From the NCBI GenBank assembly GCA_964035545.1, contig OZ037771.1, positions 9,479,408 through 9,543,407 on the forward strand: a stretch of DNA of 64,000 nucleotides, written 5' to 3'. The stretch comes from Bugula neritina (taxonomy: Eukaryota > Animalia > Bryozoa). Within the stretch, counting starts at the first letter, position 1, and each line of letters begins with the position of its first letter. Below the pieces are notes generated by a model that worked only from the letters and a program-made list of their open reading frames with translations, did not search any database and was not told the origin of the DNA. Shown in pieces: positions 41,901 through 55,317 of the stretch. Position numbers and translations under genes: made by a program.

Positions 41901-42336
41901 ACACAACTCATACATACACAACTATGGTTTATAGACTCCAAGCAAATCACAGATTGTTTATAGAAAAAATATTAGTTAGCTTACACTATTGATGATGCAG
42001 TACAACATATTTAGCCTACACTATTGATGGTGAAAAATTGAAAAACAGCAAAGTTACTGTATGAAATACTAGGGCATAACAATATTCAATAAATGAAATT
42101 CAAAATATGAGTTTCAAAATATCCTAACCTTCCCACAAGCATTTGTTCGAGTACTAAATACTTGAAGCTGAAAAAGACATTCCTCATAATATCTAATCAA
42201 AATGGTTTAGAGGCAAATTCAATGTCTTCATGTAAATAGTACTTAGTCAGCCAGGGAAAATGAGCTATTTTTGTTTGGACTACACTATCCTGAACCAGAT
42301 TAACTAGCCTGAATTTCTGTTGCTTTTGCTGCCACA

Positions 42337-42473
42337 TTATTCTTCATATTGAATGGTAAAACTCCTAAACTCCTTTTCTCCAAAGCCAGCCATATTCATT
42401 TCGTTTCCAGATATAGTTATCCCACCGTAAGTAGTATAGATACAGTCTTTTTTTAATTCAGTGTGCAAAATAC
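42337..42473 (-). CDS. TRIM-like gene 2 terminal exon
   Basis: ttgcag|GILHTELKKDCIYTTYGGITISGNEMNMAGFGEKEFRSFTIQYEE*. Confidence 0.8.
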
Positions 42474-45400
42474 CTGCAAAGCAATAAAATTCAAGTTGTA
42501 TGCCAGTACTGGAATGTAATTTATGCCATTCAGCTATGTTGATTAAAACAGGTTATTAAAATGTTTCTTCACATATACCATTTATTTATGCACAATAGGT
42601 ATTGTTTCCTAAAACATATAATATTGAAAACTGCTCACCATCCGAGAGTACGTATATCACTTTTTTTTGTTGGCTTTTGACAAAGATGAAACCAGAGTGG
42701 TCTACAGCTATGGCATCTGGCTCACAGAGATCCTCAACTACCTGACGTGAGATCATATCTGGAACCCCATCTGCACTGATACGATAATTAAATAGCTTTC
42801 CATTCTGATGGTCTGTTACCAGCAAATTTCCACATGGATGAAAGCATACACTTGTGGGAAACTGTGCCAGTTCGTAACTCTCTAGATCACCATTGAGCAA
42901 ATTGTATATAATGACTTTTTTATTTTTCTTATCTGCCAGTGCTAAAAATTTTTCTGATGATGCTAGTACAGCTGGGTGGTCGCCTTCAATACAAAAATCA
43001 AATAAAGTTACAGGGGAGCTACATTCACGCTTATTTTCCCTCTCAGAACGGCCATATGCCTGGCGAACTAGTGCCTTCACCTTTCCAATGGAAACTTGTT
43101 CTGAACCTAATCGAGGCTCAATTGCAAAATAAATCATTGCAGCATACGGTGCTACTGACACACAGGGGCTCTCTTTCAAAGTATGCTCGGAAACTGTAAC
43201 ATGTGGAACATGGCTGCTGTCAGCCCGGATATCGTAATACTTGAGGCCATTGTCTGTAGCAACCCACAGCGTTCCAGTCCCTTGAAAACTCACATCATAA
43301 CAACAGCTTTCAGTCTTGTGGGCCGAATTCAAATACTCAATAGATTTTGGAACTTGTCTCAATCCTCTAAATGTCCCACATGAGCCTGACATAAAAAGTT
43401 TATAATTTTTAACACAGACATGAAATTTATTTACCTTTCGAACAAAATGTATATTTCTCGAGTAAAGACACTTAAAAACCAACACATAAATTTTTCATTT
43501 ATTCCTTCAACCTGTTTTCTCAAACCTACTAGGTGAATGACAAACTGAAATCTACATAAGCATGACAAATACTCTGAACAATTAATACCTACGACCAGAA
43601 TCTAAGTGACCATTTTGATTAAATTCACTAAAATTATATAATGCCTAAGCTGTCAATGGCGCCAAATTGCCATTTTTATGCTTACCTGTAAAATTGTGGA
43701 CAAAAACTAAAGGTTGTTTCCATGTACAGGATGGTACCGGTAACGCTGATGCAGCCGACATTCTGTCTATTAGCTGCTGACAATTGGTAAACTTGACCAG
43801 CATTTGCTCTCTGATAAGCTTCTCAGCCTCAGACTTGAGAGTCTCTAAGTTCTCAACTTTCTCCTCAACCTCTTCACGATACTCAGCACACATCCTATTA
43901 CCGTGTTCATAGTGAGATTTAATCTGCTGCCCCATGTGAACAATATTTTTTCTCACATATGAATTCTATAAAAGTTAAAGCAAAGTTAGTTACATGTTAC
44001 TAGCCTCTACAAAATGTGAAGTTGTTTTCAAATTAAAATATTATAAATAAAATGAACACATGAGAAATTTCTCAACAAATAAAGCTGATATCTATTAGGT
44101 ATTAAACTTTTTAGTTTATGCAAAAAATACTGGGTAGCTGTTTTTGAGCAAAAGTCTGACTTTTAATTGTAATTTTTTACACAAAATAAAACTATCCAAC
44201 ACTACACACTGCACTGCATGCACACATAAGCAATAAATGGATCCGTGTGCTATAATATATATTAGGAGATTGAGTTATTAGCATATTATTATAGCAATAT
44301 AAAACCTATATAATAACACACTAATTATTTCTTTGTTTATAACGACCGACTGTCCTCCAAAAATTAGGCATAATCCAATTTTTCACACATAACTTCATAT
44401 TGAAAATATTGGATTTTTCTTCAACATTTGTTACCTACACTATTGTGCTTTAAAAGCGGTCAGTCAATTATTATGTAAAACATTCGGGTGTGACTAAAAT
44501 GGGTGTCACGGACCGCGACACCGGGTGGCCACCCATTTTAGTCACACCCAAAACATTCACATAATACCTGAATACCTGAATTTCTTCTTCTTTCCTTTTA
44601 TCATCACATAACTTCTCATATAGATTCTTCACTTCACATCTATATCTTTCCTTCTTTGTCTCATATTCATCTACTTTCACTGTAGCCTGTCGTAATTTTT
44701 CATTTAGCAGCCTATCAATCTTCCTACTGACTTCTTTCTGTGGTTTCCAGTCATGCTCTTGACTGTCAACTTTCAGGTGTCAAAATCAGAGAGAAAATTC
44801 AATTATAACACCTATTATAGATGTCAACATTAAAAAGGTTGCACAAGGTGATTTTACAACCATTATATTTCAGGCTTACATTAGCATTTAGTAACTTACT
44901 TATGCAACACTGTAGCAGTACCACTTGGTTAAAATTTATTAAGGGAGGTTTCAATTTACATGTATATGTACATACATGTAACTAGCAGGCATGTGCCCTA
45001 AGATAGTGCTAACTATTGTATACAGTGGAACTTGACCAAAGAGTTAAAAGGTCAACAGCTATAAAGTAGTGACAGCCAGCACAAAAAATGATTAATGGGA
45101 CTTATATGATAGCTGCCACGGCAGCATTGCTCAATAACCAAAACCGTGAAAACGCTTTCAAATTCTTTTTTTTAGATATTTGCCATAAAAAAATTTTTTG
45201 AAAAAAATAAGTTTGAACTGTTAATATGTCTGCTTATGCAAAAATATCCATCTCCTAAATAAACAATTCTATAGCATAATTAGAATTTCAAGTAGCAGAC
45301 AAACTTAAAATTTTTAATGAGCTTGCTCTTTATAAAAACATTTAACCTATTCATTTTGAGAGGACATAACTCTTAGTTGTAAAGGGAAAGATTGGGAAAG

Positions 45401-47727
45401 GGTCTATTGAATCTATTTTGCTGGTGGAAAGCTGGTCAGCTTCAGGAAGTCTCTGATGCTCTGAAGATTGAGAGTGTGTGCAAATAAATTATTGAACATG
45501 AGTATATAATACCAAAGAAAGGGAGCAGCCGTGGTCTAGGGGTTAGAGCGTTTGCCTAGTAAGCACAAAGTCATGGGTTCGAACCCCGAAAAAGGCCATT
45601 GGTGATGTTAGGAAGAGTATCCAGTCATAATTGCTTCTGTGGCCTATCTGAATAAGTCCTTAGTTATGCTTGAAAAAAATTTTCCATCAGAGGTTCTCAC
45701 TGGGGTAACGACTATAAACTTGCTTGAGCTCTTATATAGAAAAAATTTCAACTTTCTCTGATGCTGATTTTTTTGCATTCAAAATCAAAAATAAATGGTC
45801 AATAGCATAAAGTCCTCATATTGTTAACTTTTTGATTATAAAATATTATTTAGCAAATTTTTAATCCTACTATAGATTAAAATTGATTAGATTTTATTAA
45901 ACAAATTTAGGAAAATTAAATAATTAAAAAAAATCTAGAGATTTTAGCAAACAAATAGTGAAACTTGGTTTAATGTTTAGATTTTGTTCTGTTCTCAGTC
46001 TTTTATACGCATATATACACATATACAATACCTGAACACACAGATTCCCCAGCTTTCAGTTCACACACAGAGCAAGAAGATCTATAGCATTTTTGACAAA
46101 CATGATCAGTGTGACGTCTATCATTCCTACAGGTGGACAGGAGTTGGGGCCGCTTAGGATCGTTTCGGTATTTTTCCCAAGACAATACTGAATGGGAAGG
46201 ACTAAGCGCATCATGACTCTGCAATGTTAATAGCAACTACAAGACTACAAGTCCACTGTAAAAACACACACACGCAATGCATTTTCACAAAATACAACTT
46301 AACGGTTACACAATTTGACTTTGGGAGGCTGTTATAACTTCATTCAGCTTTCATGAATATCAATTGATAAAAATTCAACTATAGGCCAGCAAGAAATAGG
46401 TCAGCAAAAATAGGTCAGCAATTGGCCAAATAAAACTATGAATTTGGTAAAACTGTACTAAAATATTATAATTGCATGGTGCCTAAATAATTAAACTTGT
46501 TTTATTCTGCTAGAATATTAAGCTACAGTATCAAATGCCTATTATCCTTTTAAACTCAACTCTCCAAAAACATAAGTAACGCATTTATGAATAATTTTGT
46601 TAGCTAGGGATGATGACTTATGGCAAGATGCCTATGAACCGACAAATCTAAATATAGCCAAATTAATATAAATTTGTAATTATGAATGAAAATGAGAAAA
46701 ACAATATAAAATCTCTCAGCAAACACTATTTAATGAAAAAAATACCTTTATTGGATGCTTTCAAAAAAAGAGTTTAGTAACTTTTAACATAATTATTTCT
46801 TTAAAATAATTTCAGATGATATCAAAGTATGTCAAAAATGAGTGATACTCCTTTTAATTTGTCATATGAAAAGATGGCACTTCTTACCTTCAGATGAATG
46901 TTACAGTAACTGAGGGCACACTTTACACAAAATTTAGCTGCTACAGAGCCACATTTCTCTGCATCACATGGGAAATTATCTGTGGTTGCAAGCTCAAAGG
47001 GAGTATCATCGGAATAATCATCTTTTGATTGGCTACTGACAACCTCCCGATTCATAGCTTCAAAATTAGTTATGGCTTGCGGTTCGCTGCTAAAAGAATT
47101 AGGCATAGATTTTAAATGGCTTTAGTTTCTAAAATAATAATATTTTATATTGACTATAAACAAACTCCAAGTCTGCAATTTACAGAACAGTCAAACTGTT
47201 GTCTGGTCTTATCAATTTCACCAAGCCTTATCAAGCTTACATCTTCCAACTTAATGCACATGTATGAGTATTAAAGATCGAGAAATGGGAGACTGACCTA
47301 CATTAAAATTCAATAAGGTTAAGAAGTTCAGCTTCCACTTCTCATTTCATGTCCAGCCAAAACACACACCTATGCACACACACATACATATATACACATA
47401 CATATACACACATACTTGCCTGCGCAGACACACACACAGTTATAGACACTATAGGAATAATTATTACTATATTTACCAGCATGCTTTGCAGCGTTTGCTT
47501 CCATCAGCCCTAATTTTCTCATTTAAGCATGGTTCACACCAATAAACTGGAACCGTTAGGCATTTACATGAATAAAAAGTTTCGATTGAAGCTGGTAGTT
47601 GTTTAGCATTGCCATCTGCAGTATGGTTATTATCTTTATCTGTACCGTTAGTTTGACAGCTAAAAGAGAGAAGAGTCAAGCAAGAAGAGCATCTTAATTG
47701 TGATGGCGACATTTCTTTTTTCTCCAT
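42337..47727 (-). CDS. TRIM-like protein: RING-variant, two B-boxes, coiled coil, NHL/SGL-type beta-propeller; 7 exons, ~675 aa
   Basis: Exons 47727-47477, 47119-46888, 46218-46032, 44769-44576, 43965-43686, 43385-42639, 42473-42337 (2028 nt; phases consistent if the 47120-21 acceptor is used). B-box1 is CDAEKC..FCVKCALSYCNIHLK|SH..H; B-box2 is C..VCQKCYRSSCSVC; propeller blades include FPTSVCFHPCGNLLVTD and EPDAIAVDHSGFIFV. Confidence 0.8.
42639..43385 (-). CDS. TRIM-like gene 2 exon 6 (beta-propeller)
   Basis: Within ORF 42586-43485; acceptor tttatgtcag, donor G|gtgagc. Confidence 0.87.
43686..43965 (-). CDS. TRIM-like gene 2 exon 5 (coiled coil)
   Basis: tttatag|NSYVRKNIVH...EEVEEKVENLETLKSEAEKL...HNFT G|gtaagc. 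Confidence 0.85.
44486..44549. mobile_element. 64-bp miniature TIR element with 9-bp TSD (Mutator- or Merlin-type)
   Basis: Perfect 20-bp TIR gggtgtgactaaaatgggtg; TSD aaaacattc at 44477-85 and 44550-58. Confidence 0.85.
44576..44769 (-). CDS. TRIM-like gene 2 exon 4 (coiled coil)
   Basis: VDSQEHDWKPQKEVSRKIDRLLNEKLRQATVKVDEYE...EEEIQ|gtattc. Confidence 0.8.
45521..45720 (+). mobile_element. tRNA-derived SINE (intronic, antisense to TRIM-like gene 2)
   Basis: A-box TGGTCTAGGGG at ~45532 and B-box GGTTCGAACCC at ~45577. No acceptor-stem closure, followed by a non-tRNA body. The 3' end is approximate. Confidence 0.7.
46032..46218 (-). CDS. TRIM-like gene 2 exon 3 (B-box 2)
   Basis: ttgcag|SHDALSPSHSVL...CQKCYRSSCSVCE...VCS G|gtattg. 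Confidence 0.82.
46888..47119 (-). CDS. TRIM-like gene 2 exon 2 (B-box 1)
   Basis: ORF 46822-47106 ...PCDAEKCGSVAAKFCVKCALSYCNIHLK|gtaaga; 5' boundary ambiguous (47119 or 47128). Confidence 0.8.
47477..47727 (-). CDS. TRIM-like gene 2 exon 1 (RING-variant, C4C4)
   Basis: MEKKEMSPSQLRCSSC...CKCLTVPVYWCEPCLNEKIRADGSKRCKAC TG|gtaaat; the ATG has A at -3 and G at +4. Confidence 0.65.
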
Positions 47728-48799
47728 CGTGTGAAGATTAATGGATGGTTTACAGTTCAAAGCTTCTTTGTTTGATCCCTCCGCCAACACATAGTAGTAT
47801 GAGATTGACCGGTGCGTTACTTTTGTCTGTTAGAGTTTTTGTAATGCTCACAGTAATAATAACCGCATGTGAGGCAGCTACGGTTCCTATAAAAGCAAGC
47901 CAAAAGAAACTGCAGATATTTTTATTACAGCTAGTGAATTGTAAACTATAATTTTTGTAATATTACATTATTTGAAAGAGAAGTATCATTAGCAATAGCT
48001 TAAATATTGTAATAAATTTGTGCTGAAGGTGAAGATGCAGATTAAAAAATTAGGTGGGTTCACAGAAGCTGATCAACTCCCTTTGAACATACACACTTTT
48101 TGTATAAGAGAGAGGATAATGTAGAGAGTAAATAAATTAATTGTGGGCCTGACTTTTACCGGCGTCAAGGCGCAACACATTAAAGAACGATGAAAACTAG
48201 TACAATTATAGTAGCGTACATAATTGAAAGAGTAGTATATTTGCCAAAAGGCTCTAGCCGAACTCACTTGGGCTTCTAAACTGGCGGACTCAGACGTCTG
48301 AATTGGGGAATCGATCACGCCACACCTATTATATAATCTCTTACTTATTAAATGCAAGGAGACAAGAAGAGTCGAAACATGCCCAAGCAAGGTGCATGAT
48401 AACATGAGCTACCTACGGGCAGGATACAATATGATACGCAAGGGTTACAACAAAAATTTATCACAATATTTATCATCTGTATTACCATCAATATAAGATT
48501 TACTTTTGCTATACCTAATAAGATTGTGTACATTGCTGTAAACGTGTGGGTTGCTTCATAAAGAGGGTGCTGATTAAACATGTACACTTAGTATGACTCT
48601 GAAAAAATGAGGTATATCGTAGATGTCAAATGATTTATTATATGACTGCTGATAAAATGGCTCAGGCATAGCCTTTCACAAGTAAAGATAGTTAATAGCT
48701 ACTGAATATTGCCAAGTGGTATGCAGTGATCCTTCATCAATACTGGTTAACATTAGAAGAGCGCCTTCCTTTTATATACTAAAATATACCAGATACGAG

Positions 48800-51700
48800 G
48801 GCATGGAGCAAGTCTTCAGTGGGCTGCACTGGAAGACTATGCTCATATACCTGGACGTCATCGTTATCTCTCCAGACTTTGTCACTCATGTCAGTCGTCT
48901 GTGGGAGGTCTTTGACCGTCTTCGGGCAGCCAGACTGAAGTTGAAGCCCTCCAAATGTACACTCTTGCAGCCTGAGGTCAAGTACCTGGGCCATGTGGTT
49001 GGCCGAGGCGGCGTCGCTACCAACCCAGAGAAGGTACAGGCCGTGGAAGAGTGGACTGCTCCTCGAGACCTCACTGAGTTACGAGCATTTCCTGGGCCTG
49101 GTAGGGTACTATAAGCAGTACATAGCCGGGTTTGCAGGGATAGCTCAGCCTTTGAATCGGCTAACTGTCAAGGGAGTCCGGTAGCAGTGTACACAGGAGG
49201 AGCAGCAGGCATTCGACCACCTCAAGAATCAGCTAATAGAGGCACCTATCCTGGCGTACCCTGACCTGGCCAAAGAGTACATTCTGGATACTAACGCCAG
49301 CGAGCACAGCATGGGAGCTGTCTTGTCCCAAGTCCATGGTAGAACAGAGGTGGTAGTGGCTTACTACAGTAAGACTCTCTTGATCGCTGAGAAGGACTAC
49401 TGCACCACTAGGAAGAAGTTTCTGGCAGTAGTCAAGGCGGTCAAGCAATTCCAGCTATATCTGTATGGGTGAACGCTCAGATTACAAACAGACCATGCTT
49501 CACTGATATGGCTGTGCAAATGTGCTGAGCCTTCGAGTCAGGTGGCTTATTGACTGTAGATTTTTGCCAAGTTCTCCTACAGGATAGAGCATCATGCTTA
49601 GAAGCACACCGACAGCATGAGCCGACAGCCAGAGGTGGACTGTAAGCAGTGCCTGCAAATCGAGAAGCGGAATGTCAAGGAACAGTTAGGAAAGGACGAC
49701 GTCCATAGTTAGGAGCACAGCCATCTTCGGTTCGAAACCTAATCAGACACTGTCAATGTCCTCCGAGCCAACCTCACTCTGTATCGAAACATTAAAGAGT
49801 TGTGCCGACTCCAAGAGATGCTACCAGGGGCAGTAGCTGACATCTTCCGGGGCCAAGGAGAGCCACCAACCTACTGAGGAACAGCAGCGGCAGGGGAACG
49901 TCGACTACCGACATTTCTGTTGCCGCTGGAATTCCCTCAACATCAGTAAAGATGGCCTACTCACCATATAGATGGAAGCAGACAACAGTCCCAAGAGAGG
50001 AACGGGTTGTATGTCCACGTGATCTTCGACGGAAACTGATCTGGGACACCCATAAACAGGCCAATGCCAGGGCCAATCGGGTCATTAAGTGTTTACAGCT
50101 GCGGTGGTAATGGCCCGGACTAACTCAGGATATGCGACTGCGGATACAGCAGTGCGAGGTCTGCCAGGCTGGCAAGAATGACCGCCCCACGAAAGCCACA
50201 GGTCGATGCCGGCTGTACGCTGGTCGGCCGTGGCAAGTAGTGGCAGTGGACCTAGTCAGACCTATGCTGTTATCCGCTAGAGGAAACACCTGGATACTGG
50301 CGCTCAAGGACCACTTCACTTAGTGGGCGGACGCCCTGGCTATCCCAGATGCGTCAGCCCCTACAGTGGCCCGGTGTCTGGACCAAAGTGTGTTCTGCTA
50401 CTTCGAACTATCCTAACAGTTCCACGCTGATCAGGGTGCCCAGTTTCGGTTCCAATTAATGGGAGACCTCTGCCAGATATGGGCGGGGCGGGGGTGAATC
50501 AGAGTCGGACTACTCCATATAACCCGCAAGGTAACGGAGTTGTGGAATAGAACAATCGGATGTAGCGTGATGCCCTCAGGAGCCTACTTTTAGATCGAAG
50601 TCAGGAAGAATAGGGCGTGGTGCTGCCTCAAATCATGCGGGCCTACCGCAGCATACCACACTCCAGCACAGAGGAGACCCCAAACTTTTTGATGCTCGGC
50701 CGTAAAACCCGGGTTCCGGAACACCTAACCTACCATGTTCCAGCACCCGAGTACCCAGTACATTAGCACGTGAGAAAGCTAATAGAAACAATAGATGAGG
50801 CTCACGATGCTCTGCGAGAAAAGCAATAGAAGGTGAGAATGGAGGACTCGGAGGAGACTGGGTATGAATGGTTAGCTACTGTAGGCGTCGCGAACAGTCG
50901 GCTAAACTTCAGCCCAAGTTCGTGGGACCCTACTGTGTCATAGAAGTTTTGCCCAACCACACGTAACTTGTGGAGCGCTCAGGACAAATCTCAGTCCAGA
51001 ACGAGCAGCGGCTAAAACCCTACGATGGCGGTCCAGACGCTGCAGGGCAGGCACTTCTATTACTAGAGCCGGCCTGCCAGCCCATCTCCAGAAGACCAGT
51101 GGCTCGACCTAAAGAGTGAGAAATTGTTGTCTGCAACCCAGCCAAGTCCGAGGAGGCCCCAGAACTACCCCCAAGCCTAGACTCTCGGATCAGCCAACCC
51201 CGGGCCCCGCCCCGGCGGCTCCATGGGTAGAGGAGGTCCGCATCCGTAGGGTGGGCGAAGCCACTCTAGCTGCCAAACCCACCAAGCAGCCTAGTACACC
51301 TCTGCCAGACACACTCGGAAGGAGCCAGAGAAGTAGGAGACCACTTGGATATCTGGCTGACTATCACATCGGGCACGTGGACCTGTCACCACAGAGGAGT
51401 TGTGCACCTAGTACAGGTGAAAACTCCGAGCCTCGGATTCAGAGCAGCCCTGACAGTGCAAGATGACTCCAAAGACAACAACCTACAGATCGGCCCAGCC
51501 ACCTGGCCAACAGCCACCCAATTTCTTCGGGTTCTGTTGGCCCAGGTAAGCGACGATACCCCGCAACCATGAACCACCTGAATCCCACTCAAGAGACAGA
51601 AGATGAAACCACGACCCTGCCACCTGCCCAGCTAATCAGAGCTGGCACTACCACAACCATCACTAAACCAACTATCACCCAGTCTCTACAGGCAGCATTG

Positions 51701-52628
51701 GCAAGGCTAGGCAACGAACCTAGATCACCGGGCAGCCAGAAGGAAGAAAAGACCCGGCCAACCCACCCACAATTCCCCGTCACCAGCAGAGTAGGACGCC
51801 TCCTTACCAAGAAAGCGTCTTAGATTGAGAGATCCGGGCCTTGTCCACATCCTTGCCCAACAACACACATAGGAGATAGATAGCCTGATGCACGGAACCT
51901 GATGACTGAAACAAATGGCTAGGAGCCGCCGGCATTAGCCACCCATACTGCATATATTGTGTGTTACTATCGTTTGTTTATATTATTGTTACACATGTGT
52001 TGCATTTGGTACTGCTTAACGAGTCATGATGTACTGTTCTAATTAATTTCATATTTTCTTCTCTTTTGCATGTTTTATTTTGTAATATGTTTTTGTTTTG
52101 TGGGAAAAAGAATTGTTTTCTGTTATCGAAAAGGGGATATTTTCGATGGAAAGGGGAGAATATAATGGATTTTGAGAGTTGTCATCACTATGTAAAGTTC
52201 TAGTAACTATGTGCTTCATTGTTATAATTACTCATGGCGTAACTTTCTGAATGCCTTAAATGTTGTAATTATAGCTAAGCCCTTATCGTAGTAAATAGTT
52301 TATTGTTATCCACTCTTTTGTCTTATGTAAATCGGCTTTGACCGAAGTTGGGATTGTCGGTCATCTGATTGACCGACAATTGTTAGTCATTCGGAACTCC
52401 GACGTTCCGAACTTCAGTTGAAGCTTCTAGAATAGACCTTGTGTTAGTATAAGAGGAGGCGAGTTTTAAGCAGTAGGTCGGTTGAAGACTAGAGCTCTTA
52501 CTGGAAGGAACTATTTTATTACAATAAATCTCACTTTACTCGTACCACACAAGATTCTCCCATTTCTCACTACTCACAAGGAGTTATGTTCTCTGCTTGA
52601 TTTCATTCAAAACCCACAAGTTACTACA
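48800..52628 (+). mobile_element. 5'-truncated decayed Gypsy element 2 (RT C-half, RH, INT, 3' LTR 52161-52628)
   Basis: LKLKPSKCTLLQPEVKYLGHVV, CEVCQAGK, RPWQVVAVDLV; PPT ggaaaggggagaa at 52148-52160; LTR ends ...ttactaca. Confidence 0.9.
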
Positions 52629-53478
52629 ATAGTCAAGATAAACTAATTTGACATGACATTTCAATAAATTCAGTAATTAGAGTATTTAATGTAATTGCCA
52701 TCTAACTTCATACTGATATGGTTATACATTACATTCACTGAGATTCACTTTCAGATTGTCACAGTTGAAACCTTAATCAAAATTTGACCATTTAAAGTTA
52801 ATGCTGAATTCAGACTTGAAGATTGCATATTACTTATAGTTATACTACTAGTATTAGTATTGGGCGCCATTAGCCTTAAGTGGTTAGCTATAGGATTAGG
52901 CTACCGAAAAAAAACATCCATCATCACCGTGATCATTATCATTATGATGATGGTGATAATGATCATCACTATGATTATGATTATCATCAATTTCAATGGT
53001 AATGATGGTAAATATCAATATGAATGTGATTAGGCTTAGAATTGACAATCACAATGGCAATCAGTATCACTGTCACAAGGACAATGACTGTATCTAACTA
53101 ATTTAATTCTAACTTAGGTCGAAATTGAAATATAACTATAACTATTACTATAAGTATGAGTATAACTATTAGTATTAGTAATACTATTAGTATTACTATT
53201 ACTATTAGTATTACTATTACTAATACTAATAGTAATACTAATAGTATTAGTATTATTATATTTATAATAATTAATATTATATTTATAAATATTATATTTA
53301 TTAATAACTACTCACCACGGAACTTGAATATTACGAAACCACTATAATTTTTATATGATTATATGTAGCTCTTAGAGCTATAATGTCGGTTTAGTTGCAT
53401 TTATTATAGTGATAAATGTTCTTTTCGCAGTTTAATGAAGTTTACCATTGCTGATTACCACTAGTTGCCTGGGTATTG

Positions 53479-53757
53479 TTCTATATGCAGTCGGCTGGCT
53501 AGACATTCAATGTTTATATGTTTTCTGATTAGCTAATGAGGTCGCTCCATGATTGGCCTAATAATTCTAAACGCGCAAGTTGAGGTCCTTGACTGTAATG
53601 GCGCACACATGCACTCCAACTCACACATCGAGGGGAAGACAGTAATTGTTTTTGCACCAGCAGCAATAATATAAAGTGAGTGAAAATGATTTGCTCCTCT
53701 TAACTAATCAAAAGATATCCAGTTACTGAATGTCAAGCCAGCCGACTGCATATAGAA
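53479..53757. mobile_element. MITE-like inverted-repeat element
   Basis: 31-bp near-perfect IR ttctatatgcagtcggctggctagacattca / tgaatgtcaagccagccgactgcatatagaa; no clear TSD. Confidence 0.6.
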
Positions 53758-54400
53758 AATTCCGCCGACTGGGGATTCCCCTGTTTATTAGAAAAAAGTG
53801 ATTATTAGAGTCGCTGTTTTCTAATGTTGCAAAGCAAAGAGTTATCTGGCCCGCTTTTGTGGATAAGGGGGGGGGGGGGGGGGCAAATTTTGTTTGTCAC
53901 GAAGTACAGCGGCATCGTGTGAGGTGGAGTGAGAGTTGTGTTGCGAGTAGCAAATTATGCATTTCGAAAGAACAACCCTTAACTTAAAAATATCTTACGC
54001 AGGAAAATACAAATATCAGATATAAAGATATAAAAATATCTTAGACGCTATATATAATATCTATGTTAATCTCAGAGTTGTGCACCCTTCACACACAGGC
54101 AACTGCAAAAAGAGACAACTACATAAACTTATAAATCCTGATACAACAGTGACACCGCAAAAGTGGCACAAGTAATAATGGCACAGGTGATAATGGCACA
54201 AATGCAAAAATAAGAACAATGATTTACTATTTCCTGGTCAGAGTGAGAGAGTTCAGTGACTGAAAATATTTTGTTTTATTATCTGTGATGTGAATGGCCA
54301 ATCTCTGTTAAATGTTTTCAATAAGCATTATTCTAAAACTGATAGCGACAAATATACCATGTTACTATCAGCAATATAATATTAGAGCCAACATTTGATT

Positions 54401-54851
<451 letters not shown>

Positions 54852-55317
54852 CTGTGTAATGCAGTATGAAAGCTTCAACGAATTTATTTCTACTCATGAT
54901 TTCATGCTTTTATTTTGTATATTAGGTTTTTACAGCACGTTTTCAATCAATTGAGTTTAGGTTAACGTGTAATTATTTCAAAATTTGATGTAAAAACTTT
55001 TATTTCAAATATTAGGGAGTTTCAGTAGTGAAGCAATGAGCTCTAGCACACCCTTTAAAGTACAAATCATACAATTATGCTGTTCCGCTTATAAACACTT
55101 TATTTTTGAATAAAAGATGTAAATAATTATACATTTGAAAAGCCTCATCAGAATTTTAACACAATTAAAACGTTTCGTATGTATTGTTGCATTATTGAAA
55201 TTATTATATTACTTACTTGATCAAGGCTTCTATAAAAAGATAAAATAAATATATGTATCATTTAAGAAGTGTTACATTAAAATCAGATGTCTTCAAAATA
55301 CTAACAGCGATGAATAG

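Noticed and set aside
45521-45595. tRNA gene
   Set aside because: A and B boxes are present but there is no acceptor-stem pairing, and it continues into a SINE-like body.
48142-48452. Possible minus-strand solo LTR (TGT...ACA with a TATA-like motif)
   Set aside because: No TSD, terminal inverted repeat or second copy in the window; too weak to call.
51899-51912. CTGATGA-CT-GAAAC hammerhead-like motif (also ~62889)
   Set aside because: No stem II between the core boxes and no convincing stems I/III.
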